This document shows positions 39,270 through 52,270 of a DNA stretch of 64,000 bases, piece by piece. Numbering within the stretch: position 1 is the stretch's first letter; the number at the start of each line of letters is the position of its first letter. The stretch comes from Lama glama (taxonomy: Eukaryota). The position numbers and the translations under genes were made by a program. Location of the stretch: assembly GCA_028534125.1 (NCBI GenBank), contig CM052834.1, positions 8,928,001 through 8,992,000 of the forward strand, written 5' to 3'. A model generated the notes under the pieces. That model searched no databases, had not been told where the DNA came from, and saw only the letters and a list, made by a program, of their open reading frames with translations.

Positions 39270-39834
39270 AGGACAAGGTTGTCAGCAGTGGTATGCGTGT
39301 GTGTTTGTGTGTGTGTGCAATTTCCTAGCTTCCTGTATTAGTCATGGAGAAATGTGCGGCACCAGATCGCTTCCAAACGCATAGTATTTCTCATGGTGCT
39401 TCTGGGGAAATGCCCTATCTTAGAAAGGGGAGAGAGCTGACAAATACCTGTGAGCCTTGCTTAGATTTGTCCCGTGTCCCCAGTAAGAGAATTCTGGTGT
39501 ATCTTTTAGTTTCAAATCATTGGTAAAGATGTTAATGATAGTTTTATAAAGGGTTAATCTGGCATGGTCTGGGATATGACTAATGCGTATCCAGAATACT
39601 AATAAAAAACTGCATGGACGAAAACCACAGTCATTTATATGCACACTCAGGCTGCCAATGACATGGGACAAATCTAAGCACGGCTTGTGGGTATTTGTTG
39701 GTCCAGAAGTACCATGAGAAATATTATGTATTTGGAAGGTGACAGATTTGCTTGCTGTACATTTTCCCAAGACTATTGAAGGGAGTTGAAACTTTTGCAT
39801 ACACACACACATCTTTCCTTGCAGCCTTGCCCCA
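39270..39834. repeat. long imperfect inverted repeat (arms ~39270-39480 and ~39658-39834)
   Basis: Core arm blocks match 32/36 and 33/39 nt. The ORF track shows mirrored peptides on opposite strands (FQTHSISHGASG / FQIHNISHGTSG; TNTCEPCLDLS / TNTHKPCLDLS). Confidence 0.9.
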
Positions 39835-42475
39835 CTTTTCACACTTTGTAACCACAAACATAGAGGCAGACAAGATAAGCTCTAGGAAAACCTATCAAAG
39901 TAAGCCCATTGGATACAAAAAGACATGAAGTCGTTTACATACTTAGGACAGTCAAGCAGAATGGACCATCACTGTCACAATCCATTCATCTTGGAAACCT
40001 GGGCAGAACTCCACTCTCAGGTCCTGTGCAGCTCAACTTCAGTTCTTCAACTGGTCTTCCTCTCCTGAGAATCACAATCTACTGCATCTTCTCGAAGCCA
40101 ACCCTTCTCCTTCTAACTTGAAACCTTTTTTTTTCAATGGGAGTAAGGAACTAAGATGCTACAAGTATGAGAGAATCCAAAAGAGGTTTCTAAACTCTAA
40201 GTTGTATATTGTCAAATCTCAGTTATTTACAAGCTAATCTAGCTAAGTCCATACAGGTAGAATGACCACGCCAAAGCTTTAACAGCTCATCTGGAAAAGG
40301 AGTAAGAGTGCAATATAATTCATATTTGGGGAGAATCATGTCAAATTATTAACATTTAATAGGCGTACAAAAGGGCAAACATGCATGGTATGTGAATGAG
40401 AGGAAGAACCAATTTGTTCATATGAAAAAAGAAGATTAAATGAGTCATCATGGGTTTGGAGCTATTGTCTGGACATAGAAACTGGATTAAATGTAGAAAA
40501 CAGAAAAACAGAAAAAAAAATATATATATATAAATGGGCGCTTCTTGGGGTTAACAAATACAAACAGCAAGACCAAAAATATTCATTCTTCACATAAGTT
40601 ATTTAGAAGAGTGAGATAATTCAATTTTAAGTCTACAGATGGCTTAAGTCTCTTATTACAAGGTAGGAAAATGCTGATTTGAGAAAGATGAACTTCAAAA
40701 TAATGTACCAGTATGTAAGTGAACAAAATGGTAGTTTTGCCTTAAATTGGCAACGTTTGGGTATATATTAGGGAACCACAAAACTTATTTGATTATGGAT
40801 TTTAAATGTTCACTTTCCACTGAGGAATCACTGTAGAATTCCAAAAAGTCATGCTCTTATTTGGCAATTTCAATCAAAAACCAACAAAATTTTGGAAAAA
40901 AAAAAAAAGAACAGTGAAAAGGAAGGAAAAAGGTGATTTCTTATTTCTATCCGTGTCCTATAACCAAAGAGAAGTTGGAAAGTGTAGCGACCTCAGCACT
41001 GGGAAACGAACGCTACTGTTTATGTACCAGGTCTGTCACTCAATAGGTCTGCACCCCAGGCGAGTAACTTAACCTCCCTCGGTCTCCATTTCCTCTCCCG
41101 TAAAATGAGATCAATGAGAGCAGTTTGTAAATGCCCATTCAGGGCTATTCTAGAATGCGTACCTCAACCAAATGTAAAAATTAAAAATCTGCTTAATTGG
41201 ATTTGGGCTAAAACACAGCAATCGGCAGTTTTACTCTTTTCAACATAAAACGGTAAATTTTCAGGAAAGAAAAAAATGAAATGACCAAATAGTCAGAAAA
41301 CCTAAAGATAAATGAGGGGAAAGTATTAGTTGCTATGAGGACATCAGTAAATTCACCTCAGAAATAAGGAAGAAACAATTTTGATAGAACCTCCGATTTC
41401 TACTAAAAAAATTCCCACTGAAATACGGACGCTGCTGAAACACAACAGGTACCATGAATTTCTGAGCGGCAGGGAAAATGAAAGCTTTTGGCATGTGGTA
41501 CCAATATTTCCTGTCATGATGAAGATTTCACTTTGAGCTTCCTCATTTCACCTGACTCAGATGGTGCTCGCATTCCATGTAATTGGCTCGGAGAATGCAT
41601 ATCAAAAGAACTGACAAGATGTTCCCTGGAAAACAGCATTTTTTAAACTTATAACAGCTTTACCCCAAACCTGTGCTTTCCATGTGAAGTTTAACTCTAA
41701 AAAAAAAAAAAAAAAAGATAGGATTACTTTAGCCTGTTAAAACCACGGGTGCTTCAGGATTCTTAAGTGCTGGTTTGAAAAGAAAGACATTTAATAGAAG
41801 AGTACCAATGCCTCCCAAAGTATCTTCACCTCTGCAGTACAGTCAGGGAATTATCACATCAGCTTGACAATATGACTTAACCTCTCCTAACGATGATCAT
41901 GTGCTCTAGCGCTGGGAAGAAAGGGAAGGGGGAAGGAAGGGGTGGGGGGAAATCAGCATCAGCAAATACAGAAAATGAGTTGTAAATGCTGATAAAGGTA
42001 CTAAGTTAGCAAAAAAAAAATCAGGGGAAATGCCCAAGTTTCAGTGCAAAGCACATACCCTCTGAAATACCACAAAGAATCACCCTAGACATACTTTAAC
42101 AAGCTAATGCGGAGCAAGCAGCCTTGAAAAATTAAATCAGGCAGCATTACAATAAACAGAATGAAACGCCTGTTTTCAGAGCAGCAGTTTTAGAAAAGGC
42201 TGTGCAAAGAGCTGTTGGAATGATATTGCTTATATCATCCTTCGAAAATAAAACCTGCAATTAAATTTGCACATCAGATGATCCTAGAAGTTTGTATGTT
42301 ACCAGTAAGTAGGGGTGGCAGAGGGGGCTTAAATCAGGCTGTGTCAGCGGCACACAGAACTGGGGTCATATAAAGACAAGCCACTGTGGCGACACTTCAG
42401 TGCGACCTGAGGCCGAATGCCACGGCGATGAGCCACGGTGATGCACTGATACTAAAGTGCCAGGGGCAGTGTCAC

Positions 42476-42655
42476 TTTTTTTTTTTTTAACATTTTTTTA
42501 TTGAGTTATAGTCATTTAACAATGTTGTGTCAAATTCCAGTGTAGAGCACAATTTTTCAGTTATACATGAACAGACATATATTCATTGTCACATTTTTTT
42601 TCACTGTGAGCAACCACAAGATCTTGTATATATTTCCCTGTGCTATACAGTATAA
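42476..42655 (-). mobile_element. camelid-type L1 3' end
   Basis: Poly-T, then aacatttttttattgagttatagtc...caaattccagtgtagagcac...tttccctgtgctatacag. Reverse complement of the tail at 13952-14112. Confidence 0.92.
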
Positions 42656-42830
42656 TTGTAACTTCTCTGAAGATCACTGGATGGAGTCTGCCAAGTCTGC
42701 AGGAGTTCATTATGGCCCTGGGCTGAAAAGCATTAATACAATGAAGGTTTACCCGAGTGGGGCAAAATATTAAGGAGCACTTTCAAGTTTATTTTCAGTT
42801 GACAAAAATGTCGATTCTCCAAACCAGCAC

Positions 42831-42938
42831 TTTATTTTATTTTTTTTGAAGTGTAGTTGATTTACAATGTTAGCTTCAGGTGTACAGCAAAGTGATTCAG
42901 TTATATATGCATCTATATTTTTTCTTTTCAGATTCTTT
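42831..42938 (-). mobile_element. older cetartiodactyl-type L1 3' end
   Basis: tttttgaagtgtagttgatttacaatgttagcttcaggtgtacagcaaagtgattcag. Direct repeat ttctccaaacca on both flanks. Confidence 0.85.
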
Positions 42939-43054
42939 TCTCCAAACCAATTCTTAATCTTTGTTTAGTTTGCAGTTCAAGATCTTTCAGTGACAACATC
43001 TCTAATTTCCTTGTACTCCTGACATTGGGCCACAGAAAGAGACTACATTAACCT

Positions 43055-43400
43055 ATGGCAGGAGTAGCATGTTGTGGTGAAAAGAACCATGGATTTGAAT
43101 CCTAAAACCTTCATTTCTCCCCTGGCTCTCCAATTTGGTCTTCCACGACCTTAAGCAAATCATTAATATCGGCAAGAGAACATGGTTGTAAAAACTCTAT
43201 TTCCTGTGTTAAACCGGTTCAGAGACACGCACTGTTACTCACAGCTGTGTGGCTAGGGCCACGTTGCTTCACTAAGTTTGTCTGCTTATCCATGGAATGA
43301 ACGTAACAGAATCTTCCTCAGAGAGACTGAGTGATACAGCCTCTGCGAGGAGCACAGCAGAGTGCCTGCCTGACTGCCGGAAATAAATGACAGCTTACAA
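43055..43400 (+). mobile_element. MIR fragments
   Basis: ggcaggagtagcatgttgtggtgaaaagaaccatggatttgaatc...gaccttaagcaaatca...cacagcagagtgcctgcc. Confidence 0.6.
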
Positions 43401-43439
43401 AACAGCTCTACTCCTCTGAGTTTCTTTACCTTTTAAGTA

Positions 43440-45600
43440 ACCTGCTTCGGAAATCAAGCTATTATATCTTAGAATAAGATTTCCTGTGCTTCACGGTGTC
43501 ATCAACAGGTCACTGATTACTTGGGAAAGCTGAGTCTTCTCAATAAAGAGCTATAATTTTATTCACAACTGTGTAACCTTCTGCATGTGCCTTCAAAATC
43601 TTTTTTCACTTTGGTTAAACAGGAAAGTATTATTTCATAATGACCTGTGATCCTATTTAGTCAAGTGTCCAAACTGATATTTTCTATAAAAATCCCAAAG
43701 TCTTTTTGACTTCAAAATAATTTTAAGGTTTCCTAGAGGGTCCCTGTCAAATCTCAAAGGATGTGTCTCTCATCTTATAAAAGAGAAATGTTTAAATAAT
43801 TAGGTTTATTCGGTATGTTAAATTACATGGGAAGGACAGCCAAATACGAAGTGATGATAAACCCTCCTAGCTTGTACATATATGGATAATATTGTACTAG
43901 TATAAGTAGTTCAGAAATTGTGTTAAGTTCATAGAAATTTGCCGATACCTATTAATAAGTTGTCCAAGTACTATCTTAAATTGTTATATGCCACAGAAAT
44001 GACTAAATTTCCTTATCAGATGAAATCTCATCAGAATTTTAACCAGAACTATTTGTAAGTCTTCTGTCATTCACAGACAGTTATTGTTTACTCTGATTCT
44101 TCTCTGAAAGTTTTATCAATCGGCTGTTGTGAGACCGCACCGTGACAGCATCACTTGAATAACCTTGAGATCACGCCACTGGACTGTGTAAGAGTTTCCA
44201 GAACTAATGAAGAAGCTGATGGATTCACAGAACTGCTAACCAAAGATCGAGCAGAACACAGGACTGAATGAACTGACGTGGATGATTATAATTTCAGTGA
44301 CTTTTGTTTGAAGCATTGCTGGTGTTTTAATGTTACGTTTCCTAGATTTAAGGAAGTCTTTTTCTCTTAAGCTACTGATAATTTACAGCAATCTGGCAAA
44401 TGACACTTTTGTAAGCAGAACTGACGCATTTATCTCTTCTCCCTACCTGATCCCTGCAGAATTTGAAATCATTTAGGGAGTGTTCTTACTTTCAGGGCAA
44501 GGTAGTGATTTGCATAAAGTCAACAAGGATCTGTTCTCCCTGTAACAGGACACAACTGTAAACATCGTTCATATCAGCAAGGCTTTGACCAGAATGTCCT
44601 ACCTGAGAACGATGTGCACAGAGTCAGATACGATCAGACAGCTTTAAGGAACTAAGGTTGACTTCAAGGAGCCAATGTTCACAAAGCTCCCTTCCAAAAA
44701 ACTGCCTGGAATCTTGCTTACAGGACTGCCTGAGAGGTGAGTAAGGAAGGTCATTTTCTGGCAGACTCAGGAATCTCAGGATATTTTGGGGACCTCGAAA
44801 AGAGCGGAATTCACCCAAGTCTGTAAGTATTGCAGGCAAAAGCTGATGGTGAATCTGTGGCTTGGTTTCCTAATCTGAAGAATCTTTTAGAAGTCTAAGC
44901 CGAGATTCTTTATTAGTAGTTCCAGCAAAGCATGCTTAAAAAGAGCACATATGGTCACTCACTGTTCTTGCCGGACTAGATGTAAATAATCAGGCCAAGT
45001 TTAATGATTAGTCTTACTTAGAATATCTTCAATAGAAATGGGTGTGTCAATAGGGACAAAAATTATGTTTCATTGGAAAACTATAGCACACTCTTGTGGG
45101 AATTAAATTCTTGCTCTGTTCATCGCCTTTGAAGTTTTTGTTATCTACCTAAAAACCAGACTGGATCCTGAATTCTTCGAGGCTCCTCCAATATCTAGCT
45201 ACAACTATTCTCCAAACTGTTTCCAATGTCCCCCCATCCTTCTGACTTGGAACCACTCAGAAATAAAACTGCACCTTTCCCTAAGCCCTGCAAGCTGAAA
45301 CTGGACAACCTAATGGAAACTTCTGAGAAATCACTACAATAACTCACATATCCACAGCCTCCCTGCCTGTTGCCACATGGGCCCCTCAGAAAGTTCTTCA
45401 GAACACGTGATGACGCCCCCAGCGACAAATCACAAACCAAGAAAAGCTGCCAGGTTGCTGCGTTTTGCTCCCACTCCATTTGAAGATTCTTTGAGTCCAA
45501 CATCTAGAAATGACTGACTGACTGTCCTCTGGACTGAAAAACTAAGTTCATAGTTTGTCCTAATCGTTAATCTTCTTCTTCCCCCTCCTTTTGCTTCCTA
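43440..45600 (+). mobile_element. MER34/MER4-group ERV1 non-coding internal sequence
   Basis: Motifs of this group: agacagctttaaggaactaaggttgactt...ggtgagtaaggaaggtca...ggaattcacccaa...ccagactggatcctgaattctt...gccctgcaagctgaaactggacaac. Confidence 0.8.
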
Positions 45601-45842
45601 CACTTATCTCATACTCTTTAATCCATCATTTTCCTCCACAGCTGTCCATTCTCCATCCAACCCAGCAGAAAAACACTCGCGTCTAATCGTTTCATTTCCT
45701 TACGAAGGCTCCCACGTCACACAAAACTTTTACTAAATAAATTTGCGTGCTTTTCTCCTGTTAATCTCTTTGTCACTTCAATTTGCATGTCCAGCCAGGG
45801 ACCGTGAGAGGACGTAGGAAATCACCCTTCTCCCCTCTACTC
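45600..45842 (+). mobile_element. MER34/MER39-like 3' LTR fragment
   Basis: gaaggctcccacgtcacacaaaactt...aaataaatttgcgtgcttttctcctgttaatct...ccagccagggacc...ttctccccctctac. Confidence 0.8.
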
Positions 45843-47488
45843 CACAGACACTATACTTACACTCTTACCAATGGTTTCTAAGTTGTTTCTTTCTGTTCTC
45901 CCACACTCTCCCCAAAACACTGCACATCACTTCTTTTAAAAATCTGTCCCAATTTGACAGAGGAAAAAATTTCTACACATCTCTTAGTTTAACAGTGATA
46001 ATTGATCTCTTGTTAAAACTACTTCCACATACCTTCTTCAAAATTTTCTTGCTGACTTTTCACCTTTGTTTTTCCTTTTAGATCAACAGGATTCATTCTC
46101 TTAGCTGTCAGCATGGAATTTTTAATTGTGTATGTATAAGGCATAAACATGCGTGAGATTTTTTTATCTAGATCAAAATAAACATACAGCTTAGATTTAT
46201 GTTTTGGTGTCCAGCTCTGACTTAAAAATATAAAGTAGACCTATTGTACATCTTTTTTTTTAAGGTAGATTAGGTCTTTCTGTACTCTTAATAATATCAG
46301 ACCCTATCCCTAAATTAAAAATCATATCTATTTATCTTTTTATAAATCGGGTGTAGGTGGTAATCCTTTCTTTACACCTGCTCAGATTATTCTAACTGTA
46401 TTTAATCCAAAACCAGAAGTGCCTTTTTGACCAACTCCCAAGGAAGGTCATTTTGTACATCAGACGATAAAGCTTACACATTAACCTAACGCTACGTCTT
46501 CCACCCCAAAGAGGGCACAGCTTAACTTTGACTGTGAAACCAGAATTAAGTTTTAAGGTAACCAGTGTGTTGACTCTGCTGGTCCTAAAGCAGCATTTCA
46601 TTTATGTAAGGATGCCTGTTGTCACTCTTTATTTCTTATAGCCTTTGAGAATTAGGGTTCTCACTGACACACAGAGAACTTCTATGGCCTCTTCATTTAA
46701 AATCAAAACATCACCCATGCGCCGGTCAGTCAGTCCCTGAGGCTATGAACGTCCAGAACTTGATGTCAAAATTGAATTCGCGTCTCAGATTCCCAAAATA
46801 AGCTGTGTCTTTCACATCTGTGGTATGTTTCAAATATGCTACTCAAAAGTCTGCCTTAACTGACTTCAACTCAACATTAGAAAAGACTAAGAATCAGACA
46901 AGATAAGGTAGCTTTTCTCAACATGCGTTAACTTTATCAAATGTTTTCTGTCTTTAAATAGAAACATTAATTCAAATCAGCTATAATTCTATTTTAAAAT
47001 CTGGCTGCTATGGTGTAATAAGTACATATTACATAGTCACATACATGGATTTTAAGTAGATTTTGATGTGGATCTTTTAGAAGTACACACACTGATGTAT
47101 GCCTCCCACAGCAATTCTCCTCGCATCCTCAACTTCCTGAGGGGGGCTGCTTAAAGACATTTCCGTATCTGCTAGCAACGGACACTGCTCTACTCTTAAA
47201 AAGCAAGCAATCTTCAAGGTTGCCCCCAGCCCCCAAATTAAAACAGTATAAAATGCATAACAATGAGTATTCAGTTTACTTTATGCCACTTTGATTCATT
47301 TAACAATGAAATAAAATTCAGTATCTATCAAAGATCACGCATTCCTAGGTATCCTGTTAAGAAACATTAAAAAAAAAATCCACTTTGTTTACTTTAAGGC
47401 AAACGCTATTGTGCATTCCACTGGGACACCACTCGCCCACAGATCCACGCCAATAAGTCAGGATAAACCAGGAAGCTCTCATACTCAC

Positions 47489-47770
47489 CCGCTAGCTGTC
47501 TAAGCCAACCTCTACTCGTCAGCAGGGACTGTCAGTAGTTACAGCAACGACATACCTCAGTTCACACCACGAACTTCGCGTTGCCCGGAATCCCTCCCAG
47601 AGCGTGTGCGCGTACACATGTGCAGTTTACACAGCACTTCCACTTTCTCTGTTCGTCTTAATTCTCATGCTTTTGCCACCCTATCAAAAATTACACAGTG
47701 GGTTACATGAATGACTTCATCATACGGTGACGCAGCCACTACTCAGTACTGACCTTGGACAGCAGACCTG
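47489..47770 (-). promoter_or_regulatory. candidate alternative 5' exon or promoter of EPS8
   Basis: Locally CpG-enriched unique sequence with donors CGG|GTGAGT (47489) and GAG|GTATGT (47556). Confidence 0.4.
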
Positions 47771-48672
47771 TAAAGATCTCATCGCAATAGCCCTGATTCA
47801 CCACCAAAGAACAGAGGGATGGATGAAGGGAAAAAATAAGAATGACAGAAAAAATATGAATTTTAAAGACTCATAAGCCACATCAACAAACAAATATTTA
47901 TTATAAATTTACCAGATGTGTGTTGAAATGTGCCTCACGTGAATATGCTGGCTGGCTCATAAATAAGATGCAGAATTTACCCGATAGGTCACTCTGTACT
48001 ATGGATACTGACACACGCACTAAAAGCACACAAAGAGCACAGGTATATATGTGAACACTGAACACAGCATAAACCTAATAAAATCATACTTAAGAGTAAT
48101 AAAAGGTCAAAAGCCTATGATGTTGGCTAGGGAAGGGTTAGTCATAAAATCTGAATAAATAGAAAGTTTTCGGGAAGCAAATTGCCACTTCTCTTCCAGT
48201 AAGGTTAGGAAGGCACTGTGAAGAGCTAATATCTGAAGATGATGTCACAACAGAAATTAAAGAGTCTAACAGAGCAAGAAGGATTAAGTGGTTCTTTCCG
48301 ATTAACAACAAGCTGAGGAACAAAGGATACAGGCAGAAAAACAGCAAGAAACAAGACAGATAATTATTGTCAAGGAGGACAGGGTGGTGGGATTTGGGGA
48401 GGTGGGGGCTGAGCTGAGAATTCTGCATTCCTCTGTGGGGTATAAAATTCAGTCCCTGTGGTTGGCAGAGAAGAAACTCTTAAAAATGAATCACCTGGAG
48501 AAGGCGGCATCCGCTCAGCAGCACTCAACTATGTGCCAAAGTCCAATAAAAGAACCATAACAACCAAGATGCAGTGATAAACGCCAGGTGGGTTTGTGAA
48601 AATCAGTCAAGAGGGAACTGCCATGTTTTGACAAAAGCCTGGATGTCTAGGGAGTGACAGCAGAGAGTGAAG

Positions 48673-48720
48673 ACACACACACACACAGACACACACACAC
48701 ACACACACAGGTACACACAC
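48673..48720 (+). repeat. interrupted (CA)n microsatellite
   Basis: (AC)7 AG (AC)10 followed by a short AC run. Confidence 0.95.
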
Positions 48721-50734
48721 GTACAGAATGCTTTCTTGCTGGAGGCATTGATGATACAGTGAGTATTTCTCAAAACAGTGAGATGACAATAAGATGCAGG
48801 TTTTGAAGTGACAATCTGTAGCGTTATCTTACTTATTTATTTATTAACTCATTCGTCTGTCTATCTATCTAATCATCTATCTATCTAGTTGGTGATTAGT
48901 TTTCCTGCCTTCCTTTGCCTCCTGAAAGAATGAATAAATAAATGAAGGTACACTCAGTCCCTACAATGAAGTGTGTACTATACTAGTTATAAATGAAATC
49001 ATATAGTCATTCTAGAAGCAGAAATGATTATTATGAATTTTCTCAATAATGTAGGTGTAAAAGAGAGAAAGGGAAAATCTCTTCAATTCAAATTAATTAA
49101 ATGGAAAACCATTTTGATGGCTGAGAGGTTATGAGTTAGAGAAGACATATCAGAACCAGAACTGAACTAAATGAAACTGTGCTGCATATGACTCTTTAGG
49201 TTTAAATTATTAAATTGACGAGGATGACTGTAATTCCGTAAGTGGTATTTCTCCGGGGTTTGAAATTCGCTAGCTCTCTTAACATCATCATTCCACTCAG
49301 GGAACTGTAGTAAGCTGTTTGGTTAAATCTGAGTTACACCCAAGCAACTACAGTCTGGCTGTTTTAATTTCTCATGAGGCCTGTGCCATCTGGGGTTCTG
49401 ATTATTTTCCTGGCTGATTTAATTTCCAGATATCTCGGACTGTACAGAGCTGGGTTGGCTATGAAAGCATCGACCCCAAGTAGGAAGCTCTCATTACATC
49501 CGTTCTGACCACAGGGCATACAGTGTATACGCCCAAATCAACCACTCACTTTATGAACCCAAATTCATTGTTTCACTTGTGTACACGCTTCCTCATTCCT
49601 GTGTTATATTTGAAACGTAACTGAAAAACTTTTACATGACTTTTAAATGTTTGTAGGTATGGACAAGGTTTAAGGTTAAGACAGCTGACCCACTGCCACA
49701 GCACACGTAAATACAGGAAAGCAAATTACTTGAAATGTTGACCCATTAAAATCAAGAATGGAGAAGTCTGGTTTCTTTCGTCAAGATGTTTTTGTCAGTT
49801 CTCTTCTCCCCTCCCCTATAATGTGTCAACAAATGATGACAAATTCACAACTGCAGTACAGGAGAGTGATTCCCCACCAGTTCTGACTGCAAAGGGGAGG
49901 TTTAAGGCTGTGTGAAGGGAGTAAGCCCCTGCTAGTTAGCACTGAAAGGAAATAATCAACAGATTAAAGGCGTTAAAGTAGCTAATTCTACTAAGTCACT
50001 ACTTTTGCATTCTAACTACTTGGTTTTTAATGATGGAAATTTAACTGTTGCCCAAAGGGTGGGAAACTGGTAGTAAGAAAACACAGGTGACCCAACCTGA
50101 GAGAGTCATGCCAACCGTAAAACTCCGCGGATTATTCATCACCATGGTAATAACTCTTAAAACACACACACGAGCCAATTCACAGATTCCATCTGCAAAC
50201 CAGGAAGTGATCTGGGAGTGTATACATGTATATAATTTACACAGTGTCCTGGGCCAAACTAATAACAGTCCAAGAGATGAAGCTTAAAGAAACTTAATAA
50301 CACTGACTCCCAAGATACAAAAAGGTAATTTGTTTCTCACAACAAAGAGCCTTAGAGGATGTTACAAAAACACAGGAACAATAATCAGGAGCATTCTCCT
50401 GGATGCTGAGTCGTTAACTGAATTTGAAAGGTTAGGCATGACTCCTAACACCACCATATATCTGTTTGAGGAGAGCATATACCTTTTGCATGAAAATAAA
50501 GTCCAAAGTTCATGCTCTGTGACTTACTTTGAATACAAAGAACATTACCTATTTAAGATTGTGAATAAGCTTAACTGAAAAATGGTCTTTTCAGAGATAC
50601 TATTTCCAGAAAAATTCAAAGCACAATATATCTTGATTTCGATCTTTGGTAGCAAAATATTCAAGCCAATAAAAGTGTGCTAAAACACAACCAAGAAAAT
50701 AAAAAGATAACCCACTGACTGGAACATTTAGGAA

Positions 50735-50955
50735 TCATAATTCTTTTAACATTTCCTTCAAGGCAAGGGTATTTGTAGTTCTGTTTGAGAAAGTCTTTCT
50801 CCTTCATTTTTGAAGGATAATTTTGCTGGATATAGAATTCTTGGTTGCTGATTCTGGTTTTGGTTTTCCTACACTTTAAATATTTCACTCTACACTCCTC
50901 TCCTTGCTTACCTGGATCCTGGAGAGAAGACCAATCTAATTCTGCTACAGGTAAG
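50735..50955 (-). mobile_element. old L1 ORF1 C-terminal fragment
   Basis: ccttcatttttgaaggataattttgctggatatagaattcttggttg (antisense of the NQEFYIQQNYP-like ORF1 region). Confidence 0.75.
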
Positions 50956-51188
50956 ATGTACTGTGTGCTGCTAGTCACTCTACAGAGAATAAAAACACAT
51001 TCTGTCTCTTTAGTACTTGATAGTGTCCTGCCAGTTTAGTTCAGCCAATGCATAGTCTAAGCACCAAGGTAGGTACTTGAAGAAAATCTGAAAGATAAAG
51101 ATTCAATAAGATACACCGGGACTAGACTCCTCATGTCCACAGGGAGCTTAGAAACTAAGGGGCTTTAAAATAGATAATTCTAATTTGT

Positions 51189-51240
51189 TTTTTTTAACAT
51201 TTTTTATTGATTTATAATCATTTTACAATGTTGTGTCACC
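51189..51240 (-). mobile_element. 52-bp extreme 3' end of camelid-type L1 with 15-bp TSD
   Basis: tttttttaacattttttattgatttataatcattttacaatgttgtgtca flanked by ataattctaatttgt / ataattctgatttgt. Confidence 0.88.
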
Positions 51241-51908
51241 ATAATTCTGATTTGTAAATGAAACTATTAACTTCTTGAGGGCAGGGGCCTTACCTTTAAA
51301 GCTGGCCTACCACTCCTCTACCTCGTCTCCACTGGCTTCCTGTGTCACTAAGGAGAATGACGAACTTGACAATCAGGCACACTATGCATTTAGGTCAGTG
51401 TTAGTTGCCCTCTGACTGCAGCTCATCAACCCTTCATTTCCTTTTGGTTCCACGACACGGTCCCGATAATAACTATGTTCTTGGGTTACGATACAGCTCC
51501 TCTTTTCCTTCACCTGCCTCAGAAAATAACTGCACTTCTCACATAACTTAAAAAAAAAATGGAGATGAGCTGGATGAGCCCCGTTATCTACACGGAAATA
51601 AGAAAATCTCCAAGAGCATGAAAGATCTATTATATGCTGCTTTAAAAATGGATTCACAAATGACAGGCTTCCACATAACATTTAAAATATTCCACTTACT
51701 CATTTCAGAATTGCATCTCAGGCAAAAATTCAGCCAATAATATATCTTATAGTACTATCTTAAAGGCATGTCCTTATATGGTAGGAAAATAAATCCTTGT
51801 TGGATAGAATAATCAAAACATTCTGGGCAACTGTCACCCAAGTTTTTTACTGACTGAATCAAATCCCCTAAACAGAATCCCTGTCTCTGTCCTCTTGGAA
51901 ATACTTAC

Positions 51909-52270
51909 TGCCTTTTCAAGGTATTTTGAAGAATTAAATTCAGAGCATAAAATTTTTAAATAAGCTTTTCACCATGTTAAATGTTTCACTCGGGCTTTTT
52001 CACCTCATGTGAATTCCATGTTAAAGATCCAGAGCTAGAGTAAATCCTGAATAGAAACATTTGTTCCTAGTATTCTTGCATAAAAAGGTTTCATTCAGTT
52101 CAATGTGCAGGTAGTTTCAATCATCCCCAAACTGACAGCAAGAAGCTACTCAACGTGCTATGATTTAACCCCCTACAGCTTGGACGCTCACGCTGTGCGC
52201 TCACAGACAGAAAGTCAGGCGTGCCTGTTCGTAGGTAAAAGGAAGCTGGTAAGTCATCACTATATATGCC
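51909..52270 (-). promoter_or_regulatory. candidate TATA-driven alternative first exon of EPS8
   Basis: TATATA at 52261-52266, a CpG-containing stretch just downstream on the minus strand, and donor GCA|GTAAGT at 51909. Confidence 0.35.

Noticed and set aside
39420-39857. 145-aa ORF with a similar peptide on the opposite strand
   Set aside because: The similarity comes from the DNA inverted repeat, not from a gene pair.
42419-42445. 13-bp near-duplication gccacggcgatga / gccacggtgatgc and a nearby CTCF-like AGGGGGC
   Set aside because: Too short to interpret, and a poor fit to the CTCF consensus.
43440-45842. Possible captured retroviral gene (HEMO/ERVMER34-1-like env) in the MER34-like element
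   Set aside because: No long ORF and no gag/pol/env motifs; only non-coding internal sequence and an LTR fragment.
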